64,000 nt of DNA from Eledone cirrhosa (GCA_964016885.1 OZ024740.1:234298001-234362000), one strand, 5' to 3'. Shown: positions 14,230 to 27,182, counted from the first letter of the stretch. Notes: a model not told the origin generated them from the letters alone. Numbers and translations: made by a program.

Positions 14230-14840
14230 TATGCTAAAAATAGCAATCAAATCCCTTCAAATCACACCTTACCGTTACAAAGAAGGACACAGTAGGAAAT
14301 GGGTGCAGTGTACCTAGAAAAGGACGGGATGGTTATGACAGGATTCCCTTTCATCATAGGTCTGCTCAATCAGAACTGGTCTTGGGTTACACAACAACAA
14401 CAACATCAACAACATTTACTGCCATAACTAAAAACAAGAAATAATTGCAGTTTACGGTCACTCAATCTGCTAGAAATTGCAGTTATATTCTCTCAAATGA
14501 CAAACTGCCGTCTTAAAAACACAAGGACATAATCCTGAATGATATACGTAATCCTAAACAAACAAACTGAAAAGACGGTCATAAATAGAACACCTTTGAA
14601 CCATAAGGTCTGCTCAATCAGGGCTGACCAATTAAAACAAAATTGATAAGGCCACACTGGATAATTAATCCTAGACGTACTATGCTTGAGAATAACATGA
14701 GATAGTCATGGCTTGAATGCTTTTCATTATAGATCTGAATTAAGGTTAATCTGTGGCTGAAAATCATCACTAGCCACAATAAATACAGCAACACTGACAA
14801 CAAATGCAACTGCGATGTTGTTTAGCAATATTCTCTAAAA
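14230..14840 (-). mobile_element. Three degenerate tandem copies of a third SINE-like family
   Basis: Repeated blocks CTAGAAAT.GCAG..A.ATTCTCTCAAAT.ACAC / CATAGGTCTGCTCAATCAG..CTG. Also at 3760-3895 and, on the opposite strand, 62735-62930. Confidence 0.55.
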
Positions 14841-15479
14841 TTACGATAAAGGAAAACTCAATCTGAACATGGTAGTTGCTGTTCCTTTTCACGTACAGCA
14901 AGACAGTGTTTCAGCTTAATGAGACTGCTGTTGATGCAGCTTCAGTTTTTGTATGTGAGGTGGAGAAGAAGGTGGGGTATTTTTATGTTTGTCTTGAGTG
15001 GAAAAGCTAGGGTCTTACAGGATGTAATTGTAATTGTTGCAGTTGCTATTGTTTAGATTCAAGTCAGCTCTGACAGAGTTTATGACACGGGGCTTCTCTC
15101 AATCATGGCTAACCATAAGTTTGCACCTACCGAACTCATCTCCAATTCATAAGCTGTGCTAGGTGTTATATGAAAGACCAGCTGTAGCTAAATCATGCCA
15201 GTCTCCCCTTTCCAACCCACCAATGTTTTCCAAGGGAAAGACATAAATCGATACAGCCTGGCATTAATGTCTCATAACTCATTTTAACAAGTTGAATGGA
15301 CTAGAGCAACGTGACATAAAGTGTCTTACCCAAGGACACAACACGCTGCTCGGTCTTACTATCTAACAACAAGGCTTCTCATTTTTATACTGACTGAGCA
15401 GCGCTATTTTTAAAAGCGTTCCAGCTAATGACATCCCGTCCGTTCTATTGGCATTGCATATTTACCATTCGGTCATCAG

Positions 15480-15981
15480 AAGTAGGGAAGTGGGTAAATG
15501 CCAAACTCACTATCTTCAATTCGGTATTTGTGCCAACCCTTACTTATAGTTATGTATCTTGGGTACTGACCAAAAGAATATGATCGCGAATACAGGTGGC
15601 CGAAATGGTCTTCTTCCGAAGAGTCTTTGGGGTTACGTTACTCGATAGGGTGCGTAGCTCAAAGATTAGAGAGTCGCTCCAGGTAGAGTCACTACTTCTT
15701 TGAATTGAGAGATCACAGCTCCGAAACTATGGGCATGTGGTTAGAAGAATGTCTCAGGAAAGAATCACTGGACATATTTTACGGTCTAAACCAACTGGTG
15801 AGAAAGTGAGGGGTAGACCTCGAGCAGCATGGCTGGATAACATCCATGAGCTTGGCTAGTCTGGCCTGGAGATCCAACCGAATCAATAGAGGCAGTTGCT
15901 TCTGACAGGACCTTCTGGAAGGCGCGCTTAGAGGCTCTGCCTCCACGACCCTTCCAGGAATAAGTGGGCGAAGAAGAAGAA
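15480..15981 (+). mobile_element. RTE-clade (Expander/Rex3-like) LINE 3' fragment
   Basis: Manual translation gives KLTIFNSVFVPTLTYSYVSWVLT..IQVAEMVFFRRVFGVTLLDRVRSSKIRESLQVE..IERSQLR.YGHVVR..PTG..RGRPR..WLD with stops. It ends in (GAA)n. Confidence 0.85.
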
Positions 15982-16674
15982 TTGTAGAGCTTATCTAGGG
16001 CGCTAGAAACTGAGGGACTGGCTCTGAGAAGCAGTAGAACAGATAAGATTATGAAACATCACGTATTTGCGCTAATGATTGCAATGAATTAACGGCAGAA
16101 TGTTTGCCAATGGCTTTGTTAAGATACAATCAACTGTTTAACCAGTAGACCAGCATGCTTGCTACCAAGTCAGCCAGCAACATACAATCAGATAGATATA
16201 GATAGATGCAAGCAAATCCCGCCGAGGTTAACTTTGCCTTTCATCCTTACAGGGCCGATAAAATAAAGTACCAGTAATGTACTGAGTAATTGCTGGCCTT
16301 GTGCCAAATGTAGAAACAATTATTTGTTGTTCACATAAACTATGTGCATTTCATTTCTTATCGATCTGATATATTTCTATTGTCTGGTGGTTCACATACA
16401 TATATAAAAATATAGATTTGTTCTCGCTAACAGACAATTATGTTTGCTATGTTGATATATAGCGGCTGGTTGGGAATCGATTATATTACTGAAAATAAAA
16501 TCGACCACTATGGCTTTGACGTTTTATTTTATAGCAAATATCGAACAATATTAGGAGATACATATCTGGCGAGAGGAGACCACTGCTCGGTTTCGATTCC
16601 ATGGTATTTTCTTCGGTCCATCACTTTCTGTCTCTCAGCCTCTCTCTCTCTCTCCCCTTCTCTCTCCCTCTCTC

Positions 16675-16743
<69 letters not shown>

Positions 16744-16744
16744 G

Positions 16745-17291
16745 ATAACAAGGTATCGTTTAAGGTAATCCAGCTAGAGGTTGTGAGTACTTTGTACTGT
16801 GGATAGTTTTAACGTACGGCGTTGTTTGGCTCAACAAGAAGTTTCCTTAGTTAGGTGGCGAGTTAAAAGAATTCCCTGCGGGTGGTTCTTGGATTAATAA
16901 TAGTGAAAGAGTGAAGAATAACATGGTCGGCTGTACAAATACCAGTGCCCTGTATTACACCCTTCAGTATTCCGATGATTTGATCAGAGATACAAACTGT
17001 AAGTAAGGTCGAGTGACGTAATTTCTAGCGATCAGCAGCCTTTAGACTCACCTAATTAGTGAAAGAATCATTAATACTGTAAATAAACCCTTTTTGTATA
17101 GCCGACATGCTCATATATGGACTGTACGCCTTGATAAGTTCAGCTAGATTACTACCGTCCTAACACTACTGGGTTATTTCAGATCTAGCTGTCGAAACCG
17201 CGGAGCCCGGCTGTCGGGGTCCTGACTCTTTTTCTATTACCCTAAGTATTGAGTACTGTGGTCCACCTGGTTCCTTACCGCACCTCCTTCG

Positions 17292-17295
<4 letters not shown>
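16745..17295 (+). mobile_element. Penelope-like/ribozyme-bearing non-coding element between microsatellites, with degenerate hammerhead
   Basis: Shares its 3' end (TACCCTAAGTATTGAGTACT..GGTCCACCTGGTTCCTTACC) with 25010-25196, 43710-43862 and 45566-45722. Degenerate hammerhead at 17126-17220. Confidence 0.6.
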
Positions 17296-17362
<67 letters not shown>

Positions 17363-17432
17363 GTTGTCGAGTATGATTTTTAGCGGCATATCGTCATGTT
17401 TTTTTTCTACAAATTTCCTACTTGACGACCCA

Positions 17433-17470
<38 letters not shown>

Positions 17471-17814
17471 CATAAGACATATCGCAATCTGGCGTATAAC
17501 TTCAAAAGTATTCGATGCAGCAATAACATCGGCTTGCATCGGAAAGCTCCGGCTACCTAAGTTGTTATACATTTACCCCTCCATTTACATATCGATGGCT
17601 CATTCTTTAGTGATCACAACCCCCCCCCCCACACACACACACACACCACGGACGCTCTATCTCAAAATTATTTTTGAAAAGCATTAGAAATGCGCAACCG
17701 GTAAAACTTAAAACCGAAACTGAATACTAACCAATACAATTACTAATTCTCACTTATTCCTAATTAAACTATTTTTCACTGTGAACAATTTGTCAGCATT
17801 TTCTATTCTGTTTA

Positions 17815-17834
<20 letters not shown>

Positions 17835-17854
<20 letters not shown>

Positions 17855-18215
17855 AAATAAGATAAACAAACAAGCAAATAAATAAATAAATATATAGACA
17901 GACTGAATAAAAAATGGCGTAGACATACAACACAACAGGAGGAACAAAGAATATAACACCACTGACGATGTTGCAGATGTGCAACGAAAGATTTATGTAA
18001 ATTATGTAAACTATATATATGTGTTTGTGTCTATATTGTATCTGTATTATTTTTGACCGCCGGTCAGTCAATGGCAACATTGAGGACCGAGTAAGTTAGA
18101 TCGCAGATATAAAAGACAGCGAGAAGCGAAAACCAACCAAACAGTGAGTGTGTTCTGTTATTAATTCTGGCAATATTACGCAAATATGACCCTCCCCAAG
18201 TATAACAATAATTAT
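17835..18215 (+). mobile_element. Penelope-like element 3' terminal fragment
   Basis: Near-identical to the reverse complement of 54580-54940, which is attached to a GIY-YIG coding remnant. It carries CTGACGA-hairpin-GAAA and is flanked by (TA)n. Confidence 0.75.
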
Positions 18216-18721
18216 ATATATATATATATATATATACTGTTTCTCTCTGTTTTCTTCCTCCTCTTCCTTCTTTTCTTTCTTCTTTCAGGTTAATATTTGT
18301 TTACACATGAAACCACGATAAGATATCTTGCTCTGTTACACATTAGTGAAAGAAACCATGCCAAGATGCCAAGACAAGTTACTGAGCAGATCAGAGATGA
18401 AACACGTGAGGTCTGTGTTGAAGAACGTGCTTTGTAACGCAGTTAAACAACATTTCACTTGTAAATTCTCTTGTGCCCTGCGGTGTAAATAGAACAAGAA
18501 ATACGCAGTTCGTTTGCCTACGTTTCATATTGTTGATTATTTTTCTGTTTCAAATTCTCGTTCAGATCTTAAAGCCTTACAGGGCCTTGATGTGTCGGCT
18601 GTTTGTGGCCCTATTTTACACACCCATGCAAAAGAGTATAAATATGGTTCAGGCATACTTGCAAAAAGAGGGCTTGGGATTTTGAGGCTGAGTTGGATGT
18701 TTAGAAAACCTTTCCCTCCAC

Positions 18722-18768
<47 letters not shown>

Positions 18769-19029
18769 GCGCACTCACACACCACACACACATATACACA
18801 CACACACACTCACAAACATGTATTGGGGATTATTTTTTAGAAAAATATTTAGAAACCTTGTTAAATAGTTATTCCTTAACTTTCTCTCGGTGGTCTCTTC
18901 ACAGATACTTTGAACGATATTCTGAAAACGTATATACATACGTATACGTCTTTTAGAAGGCTTATCGATATTTCAGCTTCTCACTCTACCACCATCAAAA
19001 GCGAGTAAACGAACCTCATATATAAAATA

Positions 19030-19249
19030 TACGAGGGTCGACTGAAAAGTTCATAGACTGACTATAAAGAATCGATGCTAAAGTTGTGAAATAATAACTG
19101 CATTGTTTCTTTCCAGGACATTAATTTCAACTCTTCTTATTCATTCCAGGGACTTTGTTGAAAAACAAACCTCATTTGGTCATTCCATGGGAGTATCTTA
19201 GTCAGCCTATGAACTTTTAAGACTATAAACATTTCAGCCGACCCTCGTA
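19030..19249. mobile_element. Mariner-like MITE copy 2
   Basis: TACGAGGGTCGACTGAAAAGTTCATAGACTGAC ... TTTCAGCCGACCCTCGTA. Confidence 0.8.
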
Positions 19250-19596
19250 GTTAGAAAGAAGAATGTTTTTGTTTGTAAAAGGAATTTTATTCCACCAAGA
19301 CAGAAGACGAGAGATGAACTTGTTTGAGAAAGCCATACAAAATCATTGGCCCATTTCTATTTGTTCACTACTGCTGCTGTTAGACAAACACTCAAGAGTT
19401 ATAAAACGTGATAAATGGCTTACATTACAACATGCAATGAAAGGATGCCCTGCTGTTACGGGCATACATCAATTTATCTCCACGCAGTATGTTCATTCGA
19501 CTTCTAATTTTGTTTTTATAATTCAAATTTGTTTGATTTCTTGCGGAATATAAGGTACAACTGGTTTGGAAATGCATTGACATTACTTTCTGCAAT

Positions 19597-19654
<58 letters not shown>

Positions 19655-19889
19655 TCGTGTGTGTACAGGTTTGGTTTGTGTCTTTTACCATGAAATTGGG
19701 TAGACGGAAACTGTGCGGAAGTCCGTTCGATAAACTGCATGTACACGTGTCTATGGAATACTCAGCCACTTAGCAAGTTTATTTAATGAATAAGTCGTAC
19801 AATTCATCAAACAACCTGGCGCCCATACGTTCTTATCGTACGAAGAGCCCATCATATTTGCATATATATGTTTTTCACACATCCTATAT

Positions 19890-20572
19890 TTCTTTCTACG
19901 TTTGGCACAAAGCCAGCAATTATACCAGCGTATTACTGGTACTTTATTTTATCAACCTCGAATGGATGAAAGACAAAGTTAACCTCGGGATTCTTATATT
20001 GGCGACATTTCTGTGGTTAATCTCTTCTGTTAATGATTTTTCATATTTACTTATTATTCGTGTAAGTTTGGTTTGGAACAATAATGGTTTCTTATATAGG
20101 CTTAAGGGCCGTAACTCTATGCTGCAAAGCATGTTGTCCGACGCCCTACCGATACTGCCAATCCGCTGCTCTGGTTTGGAACAAGGCCAACAATTTTTGG
20201 GGAGGGGAAAGTCGATTAAATCGACCCCAGTGCATGAATGGTACCTTTATTTTATCGACCCCGTAAGGATGAAAGGCAAAGTTAACCTCGGCGAGATTTG
20301 AACTTAGATCATAAAGGGCCGTAACTCTATGCCACAAAGCATGTTGTCCGACGCCCTACCGATATTGCCAATCCGCTGCCCTGGTTTGGAACAATAATAG
20401 TTTCTACTTTAGGCACAAGGCCAGCAATTATCCAGTGCATTACTGGTACTTTATTTTATCGACCCCGTAAGGATGAAAGGCAAAGTCAACCTCGGCGGGA
20501 TTTGAACTCAGATCGTAAAGGGACGTAACTATGCTGGAAAGCATGGCGTCCGACCCTCCACCGATACTGCCA
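19890..20572 (-). mobile_element. Cluster of 4 family B SINE copies/fragments
   Basis: Successive copies are separated by the same junction sequence GGTTTGGAACAA(TAAT). Confidence 0.85.
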
Positions 20573-20951
20573 AATAATGTTTACAAATTCCATTGACGTT
20601 TCGAGACTTTTACGGTTTCATTTTCTGAAGAAAATGGTCGTAGTGGTGCATTGATGCCGCGTTTTGTAGTAGGCATCAATGGACCTTCATGATGATGCAG
20701 TTGATAGAATTATCATTATCGTTTATTGTTCATTGTTTAACAGATAACTTCAGGCTACTTTCGCAAAATTTTATTCCAAACTAAACATAAACATACTAAT
20801 TAGGAAATATAAAGAAAAGTTTATTAAGAAATATTAAACTCGATCGGAATTGTGTTTCAACATACATACCTCCCACGCACGTAGACGCATACATTTATAC
20901 ATTCTTATAAACATATATACACACAAGCCCTGTGTATTTGTCCGTAACGCA

Positions 20952-21636
20952 CTAGAGATGATTACGAAGAGGTGATTGCGCCGACTGAGGAAGGAAGGGG
21001 TGATTGCGTCAACTGAGAAAGGAAAGGGTGATTACGTCGACTGAGGAAGGAAGGGGTGATAACGTCGACTGAGGTAGGAAAGGGTGATTACGTCGACTGA
21101 GGAAGGAAGGGGTGATTACGTCGACTGAGGAAAGAAGGGGTGATTACGTCGACTGAGGAAGGAAGGGGTTATTACGTCGACTGAGGAAGGAAGGGTGATT
21201 ACGTCGACTGAGGAAGGAAAGGGTGATTACGTCGACTGAGGAAGGAAGGGGTGATTACGTCGACTGAGGAAGGAAAGGGTGATTACGTCGACTAAGGAAG
21301 AAAGGGGTGATTACGTCGACTGAGGAAAGAAGGGTTGATTACGTTGACTGAGGAAGGAAGGGGTTATTACGTCGACTGAGGAAGGAAGGGGTGATTACGT
21401 CGACTGAGGAAGGAAGGGGTGATTACGTCGACTGAGGAAGGAAGGGTTAATTACGCCCGACTGAGGAAGGAAGGGGTTATTACGTCGACTGAGGAAAGGG
21501 GTGTGGTGAGAAACTATATAGTCCAGCGTTCTAAGATTCGTCACAGTTGTGTGTTTGTATGTTTGTATCAGTTGTGTGAGTGAGTGCGAAGGAACCAACC
21601 AACCAACCAACATCTCTTTTTTATATTATGCATAGA
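20952..21636 (-). mobile_element. Non-autonomous Helitron carrying a 28-bp minisatellite
   Basis: The minus strand begins A|TCTATGCATAATATAAAAAAGAGATG(TTGG)n and ends ...CATCTCTAG|T. These are TC...CTAG termini inserted at an AT dinucleotide with no TSD. Confidence 0.6.
20960..21500. repeat. Minisatellite, ~19 copies of 28-bp GTGATTACGTCGACTGAGGAAGGAAGGG
   Basis: Directly visible head-to-tail repeats with no unique spacers. Confidence 0.95.
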
Positions 21637-21740
21637 TATTAAAATTAGCTGTCATTTTTTACGGCACGGAGCCAGCTAGTGTATATATAATTCCCATCTT
21701 GCCATCGAAACGGTTTAGCCTGACCGTCGGGCATCCTATC

Positions 21741-21806
<66 letters not shown>

Positions 21807-22290
21807 ACATATACATAGTTATATCCCGAACTACAAACATGTATCGTTCAATGTATAGTCATGGCTTTGTCATAAATTGCTCGATATTGCAAGAATAATG
21901 TTACAATTCGTAAATATAAGTTACAGTTAAATAAAGCAGCCTCTTCACAGAAAATTTCAACACTTTAGCTATTAACAGTTACTAAAACGAGAGAATCTAT
22001 GTACACTTTTCACAATGTGATTCCTTGAAATACTCGTACACGATCGTCTGAATCAGTGACGTTGGTTTGATTAATTAAGTATATGATTTGAAGTAGGTAA
22101 GCCCTGTAATTTATGGATGCATACGGAAGTGGGGGATTGAAACTGTGAGCAGCCGGAGTTTAGACTTTTACTTCTAATGAGAAAACCAATATTCGAAAAA
22201 ATAGAGCACTTTTGCCCAGATGTTGGTTCCTATATTAATGAATTCACTGAAGAAATTCTTACGGGTGGTTTCGGTGATTCTTCGAGAAGT

Positions 22291-22492
22291 ATACGATGGT
22301 TGGCTGAAAAGTTCATAGACTGACTATGAAGGAGTGATGCTAGAGCTGTGAAATCTTGCATGCATTAATTTCAATTCTCCTTAATAATTGCCTTGTTTTT
22401 CTCTAAAAGGACTATGTTGAAAAATAAACCTCATTTGGTCATTCCATGAGAGCATCTTGGTCAGCCTTTTAACTTTTCAGCCGACCCTCGTA
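22291..22492. mobile_element. Mariner-like MITE copy 3
   Basis: TACGATGGTTGGCTGAAAAGTTCATAGACTGAC ... AACTTTTCAGCCGACCCTCGTA. Confidence 0.8.
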
Positions 22493-22595
22493 AAATGCTT
22501 GGTGGGCGAACAAAAGCAGAGCTAGATTAATAGTAACGCAAAGCAAGCATATGCCCAGGGCAGCATGGGAAGATGGGCACCGTTTTATTCAAACT

Positions 22596-23045
22596 CATCA
22601 TCATCATCATCATCCTTCGACTTCTCTGTGGGCAGTCGGAGCTCTCTTGATAATCCCTTTCCACACTGTTCGGTCCTGCATTGCTGTCCCCAGATACCTT
22701 ATGTCCAACCTGAGTCCCTAGCTATGATGTCTGGGAAAGTCAGTTTCCGTGAATACACCCAGAGGGACGTCACAGAAGGAGAAATGAAATGATTTCTTTG
22801 TGAGCTCGATGACAGTGACCAGCAAACTGTAGTCTTTATTGCTTGAGCCTGAAGGATATTGGAATCAAATCTCTGTAGATGGTTTCAAGTGGTGCGTGTG
22901 ATCTCCAGCTTATGTTTTTGATTCTTCTGGACAGATTTGTATATACTCCGTCTTTCAAGACGAACAGATAAGGTCCATGTTTCTGATCCATATAGTAGTA
23001 CTGGTTTAATCAATGTTCGAAAGATTTGAACTTTTAAGGAGGATG
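22596..23045 (-). mobile_element. RTE-clade LINE 3' fragment
   Basis: The minus strand reads LKVQIFRTLIKPVLLYGSETWTLS..LSRRIKNISW. A (GAT)n tail lies at 22596-22613. Confidence 0.75.
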
Positions 23046-23753
23046 ATAAATAAAAAAAATAAAAAATAATTATTCAAACTGAATATATTTGTCATTCTCC
23101 CTCAGAAGATTTTTGCCAACTTTAAATATTAAGTGGGAGCATTATTTCTTAGGTTGACTTTGCCCTTCATCCTTACGGGGTCGATAAAATAAAGTACCAG
23201 TAATGCACTGGGTAATTGCTGGCCTTGTGCCTAAAGTAGAAACAATTATTTCTTGTATCAATTATTGTACGTTTTATAATAACACAGGGGTGGTGAAAGC
23301 ATTTCTGAATTAAAGTGTGTGGGGGGGGGGGGGGGGGGGGGGGCAAATGTGGTCAATTTAGTTGTAGTGATTAGTTTAGCTGTTATTATCAAATATCAAC
23401 CAAGATAAACTTCGGTATACGATAAACATAACATGTACATTAATTGTATCGATTATACAAATAGATGTGGGTTTTGGTAATTTGGGGAGAAACATATAAT
23501 TATTGGAGGGGGCACAAGACCCCCTGGCCTCTCCCTGTCCACCGCCTCTGTAATATTACACTTATTTAATGCTATTTTCATCTGACTTTTCTATAACGTA
23601 TTTGTCCCTACCTTCGTTTTATATAACTTTGCTGTCCAACCCCGCATATATTGAAACCCCTATTTTTATTATTTTTACTATTGTTCTATGTGCAAGCCTT
23701 TGTGGTTAATAAAGAAATCATTATTTTATCTTTAACTTATTTTTCATTCACTA

Positions 23754-24206
23754 AGGGCGGTGGATTGGCAGTATCGGTAGAGGGTCGGACACCATGCTTT
23801 GCAGCATAGAGTTACGGCTCTTTATGATCTGAATTCAAATCCCGCCGAGGTTAACTTTGCCTTTCATCCTTACGGGGTCGATAAAATAAAGTACCAGTCA
23901 CGCACTGGGGTCAATTTAATCGACATTCCCTTCCCCCAAAATTGCTGGCCTTGTGCCTATATAAGAAACCATTATTTTCCATTCACTTTCCATTCACAGG
24001 CAGTATCGGTAGAGGCAGTATCGGTAGAGGGTTGGACGCCATGCTTTCTAGCATAGTTACGTCCCTTTACAGTCTGAGTTCAGCCGAGGTTAACTTTGCC
24101 TTTCGATCGTTACGGGGTCGATAAAATAAAGTACCAGTAATGTACTGAGTGTTTGCTGGCCTTGTGCCTAAAGTAGAAACCATTATTTTCCATTCACTTT
24201 TTGTCT

Positions 24207-24245
<39 letters not shown>

Positions 24246-24516
24246 TGGGTGTATGGGGGTGTGAATGGAAAATAATGGTTTCCTAAAGTAGAAACCATTA
24301 TTTACCATTCACTCAGGGCGGCGGATTGGCAGTATCGGTAGAGGGTCGGACGCCATGCTTTCCAGCATAGTTACGTCCCTTTACGATCTGAGTTCAAATC
24401 CCGCCGAGGTTGACTTTGCCTTTCATCCTTACGGGGTCGATAAAATAAAGTACCAGTAATGCACTGGTAATTGCTGGCCTTGTGCCTAAAGTAGAAACAA
24501 TTATTTTCCATTCACT
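23754..24516 (+). mobile_element. Three family B SINEs stacked at one target site
   Basis: Copies at 23754-23975, 24000-24186 and 24316-24503 are each followed by TTTTCCATTCACT, and a variant (TTTTCATTCACT) precedes the first copy. Confidence 0.85.
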
Positions 24517-24699
24517 TATTTTGATCAGTAGATTTATAGAAAATGTACGACTCGTTCCATCTCTGCATATGAAATCTGCAATAACCGGAGTCATTAGAAA
24601 TGGCTGACGTCTCCCTGGAATGTTCTTTTCTTCACAAATAAAGAACACTCGTACATCTATACAGACATATCTATATTTCTCTACCTAACTATCAATCTT

Positions 24700-24748
<49 letters not shown>

Positions 24749-24749
24749 C

Positions 24750-24791
<42 letters not shown>

Positions 24792-24914
24792 TATATATAT
24801 ATCACTTTATATATATATATATATATATATATAAATATATATATATATATCACTTTATATATATATAAATATATATATATAAATAAATAAATAAATAAAC
24901 AAATATATATATAT

Positions 24915-24947
<33 letters not shown>

Positions 24948-24954
24948 AATATAA

Positions 24955-24997
<43 letters not shown>

Positions 24998-25009
24998 TAT
25001 AAGGAAGGA

Positions 25010-25192
25010 AAAGTGGTAAGGAACCAGGTGGACCATAACGCACCAAAGTACTCAATACTTAGGGTAGTAGAGTGGGTAATAGGAACAAGTAAGACCCCGA
25101 CGGCTGAGCTCAAGCCGTTTCGACGGCTAATTCTGGACGTCCAGAATTAGCCGTCGAAACGGCTTGAGCTCAGCCGTCGGGGTTTACTTGTT

Positions 25193-25197
<5 letters not shown>
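25010..25197 (-). mobile_element. Ribozyme-element terminal fragment with fold-back (inverted pLTR-like) junction
   Basis: Near-perfect palindrome centred on GGACGTCC (~25139). Each arm carries the hammerhead 3' half GAAA-CGGCT-loop-AGCCG-TC-GGGG. Confidence 0.7.
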
Positions 25198-25249
<52 letters not shown>

Positions 25250-25619
25250 GTGGGGCGAATGTGTGTGTGTGTGTGTGTAATCATGTGATAAATTATCTAG
25301 GAACTGAAAAACAATAGAATGCAGCGTTCGAAAATTGAGTGAAGATAATAAGAACGAGAGAGAAAGAGAGATTGAGAGAGAGGCGGGAGGGGAGCGGGAG
25401 AGGGAGAGGAGAAAGAGAAAGAGAGATTGAAAGAGAAAGAGTGAGAGGGGGAGAAAGAGAGAGATAGAAAGAAAGGGGGAGAGGGGGGCAGACAGACAGT
25501 CAGGCATACAGAAAGACAGAGTGGGAAATAAAGAATAAAAGAAAGAAAAATAAAAGCAAAAATATTAATCATACAGATAAAATAACAAAAGAAAAAATAG
25601 AACCAATGTAATTATTAAG

Positions 25620-25638
25620 CCATGCACACACATACACA

Positions 25639-25681
<43 letters not shown>

Positions 25682-26283
25682 TCACACACACATAGACATA
25701 CAGACACCCATAGACATACACACACATAGACACACACATTCACACACACATAGACATATAGACTCACAGAGACAAACACACTCCCAGACACACACACTCA
25801 CACACAGACAAACATACACACATACACAAACACTCACAAGCACAAACACACACACACACACACGCGCGCGCGCATACACACACACACAAACACACGCATA
25901 CACACACAAACACATGCATACACGCACAAACACACTCAAACATACACAAACATACTCACTGGTACACACACACACAGAGAGACACTCACAGACACGCATA
26001 GACACACACAAACACATACACAGAAACACACACTCACACACACACACACACAGACACTCAGACACAGACACACACACACAAACAGACACTCATACACGAA
26101 CACAAACACACTGAAAGACACAAACACAGACATACTCACTCACACACACACACATACACATATACACACATACTGACACACACACATACGCACAAGCACA
26201 CACAAACACACTCACAGACACGCATACACTCACACACACACATACACATACACTCACACACACACACACACAGACACACGCAT

Positions 26284-26315
<32 letters not shown>

Positions 26316-26379
26316 CACATACATACACAAACACACACAAACATAGACACTTAAGACAAACACAAACACAAACACACAA

Positions 26380-26445
<66 letters not shown>

Positions 26446-26555
26446 CAACAGACACATACATACGCAAGCACAACACACACACAAACACACTCACAGACAC
26501 ATACTCACAAACACCCCCATACACCCACACCCACCCCCACACACACACACAGACA
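25620..26555. repeat. Degenerate (CA)n low-complexity tract
   Basis: Visible directly; it is the source of many spurious ORFs. Confidence 0.95.
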
Positions 26556-26889
26556 AAAAATAGTTTATTGTTGTAACAAGTCATCTCTGAATTACAGATA
26601 TACATAAACATTACAACCAGATAATTTATGCATCGTTATACTGTTCGGTTATTTTACTTCTTCACGTTTCTCTAGTAATCAGATACAAAACATTATTTAT
26701 CTTGGCCAAATTCCATCTGTGAAAAATGTAATAAACAAAACGAGTTAATTTTTGTTTTCTTCTATTCATGCTAGTTTTATTCATAGCTCATGGTTTTATT
26801 CATAGCTTGTGGTCAGCTGGGTGTTGAACGTCGGGTTAAATCTGATGAAGGACAAGTCGTTCGAAACGTTAGATTTCCTTGTTGTTTTT

Positions 26890-26924
<35 letters not shown>

Positions 26925-27006
26925 AGTCATCGTCATTCATCCTTGTCGCCACGGTTGTCGTCTTCGTCGTTGTTGCTGTTGCTAACAACCGCCAGCCTAC
27001 TATAGC

Positions 27007-27182
27007 AGATCTGCCAACCCCTAAAAACCTAAACGGATCTCAAAACGGGAGAAATGAGGCAAAAATGGGGAGACTTTACATAATGAAAGCTATACCCATT
27101 TTCATAAGACAAGCCATTTCTGACCCACCTCAAAGTGGGTGGGAGATCTCCCTGTCGGACGGGGAGAGATGACAAGTCTGCT
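27007..27182. mobile_element. hAT-like MITE
   Basis: TIRs CAGATCTGCCAAC ... GATGACAAGTCTG. Homologous copies at 40985-41179 (opposite strand) and 41497-41879. Confidence 0.65.

Noticed and set aside
10454-14246. Very long minus-strand ORFs (1104, 810, 667, 465 aa) of Leu/Val/Cys
   Set aside because: These are stop-free translations of a (GTT/GCT/ATT) tract, open in all three frames, with no protein-like complexity.
16965-17082. Degenerate hammerhead CAGTATT-CCGATGA...GAAA..AATACTG
   Set aside because: The core is mutated and stems II and III pair poorly, so it cannot be supported from one copy.
20960-21500. CRISPR-like array of 28-bp repeats
   Set aside because: The repeats are contiguous with no unique spacers, there are no cas genes, and the context is eukaryotic. 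It is a minisatellite.
24692-26611. Many YI/CV/HT-repeat ORFs (also 2.5-3.6, 46.0-46.4 and 55.3-56.1 kb)
   Set aside because: They are dinucleotide microsatellite translations.
26836-26878. Minimal hammerhead CTGATGA..GAAACGTT (similar relics at 20591-20640 and 59845-59882)
   Set aside because: Stem I is out of register or the core is mutated, and the cleavage triplet is poor. These are probable relics and were not called.
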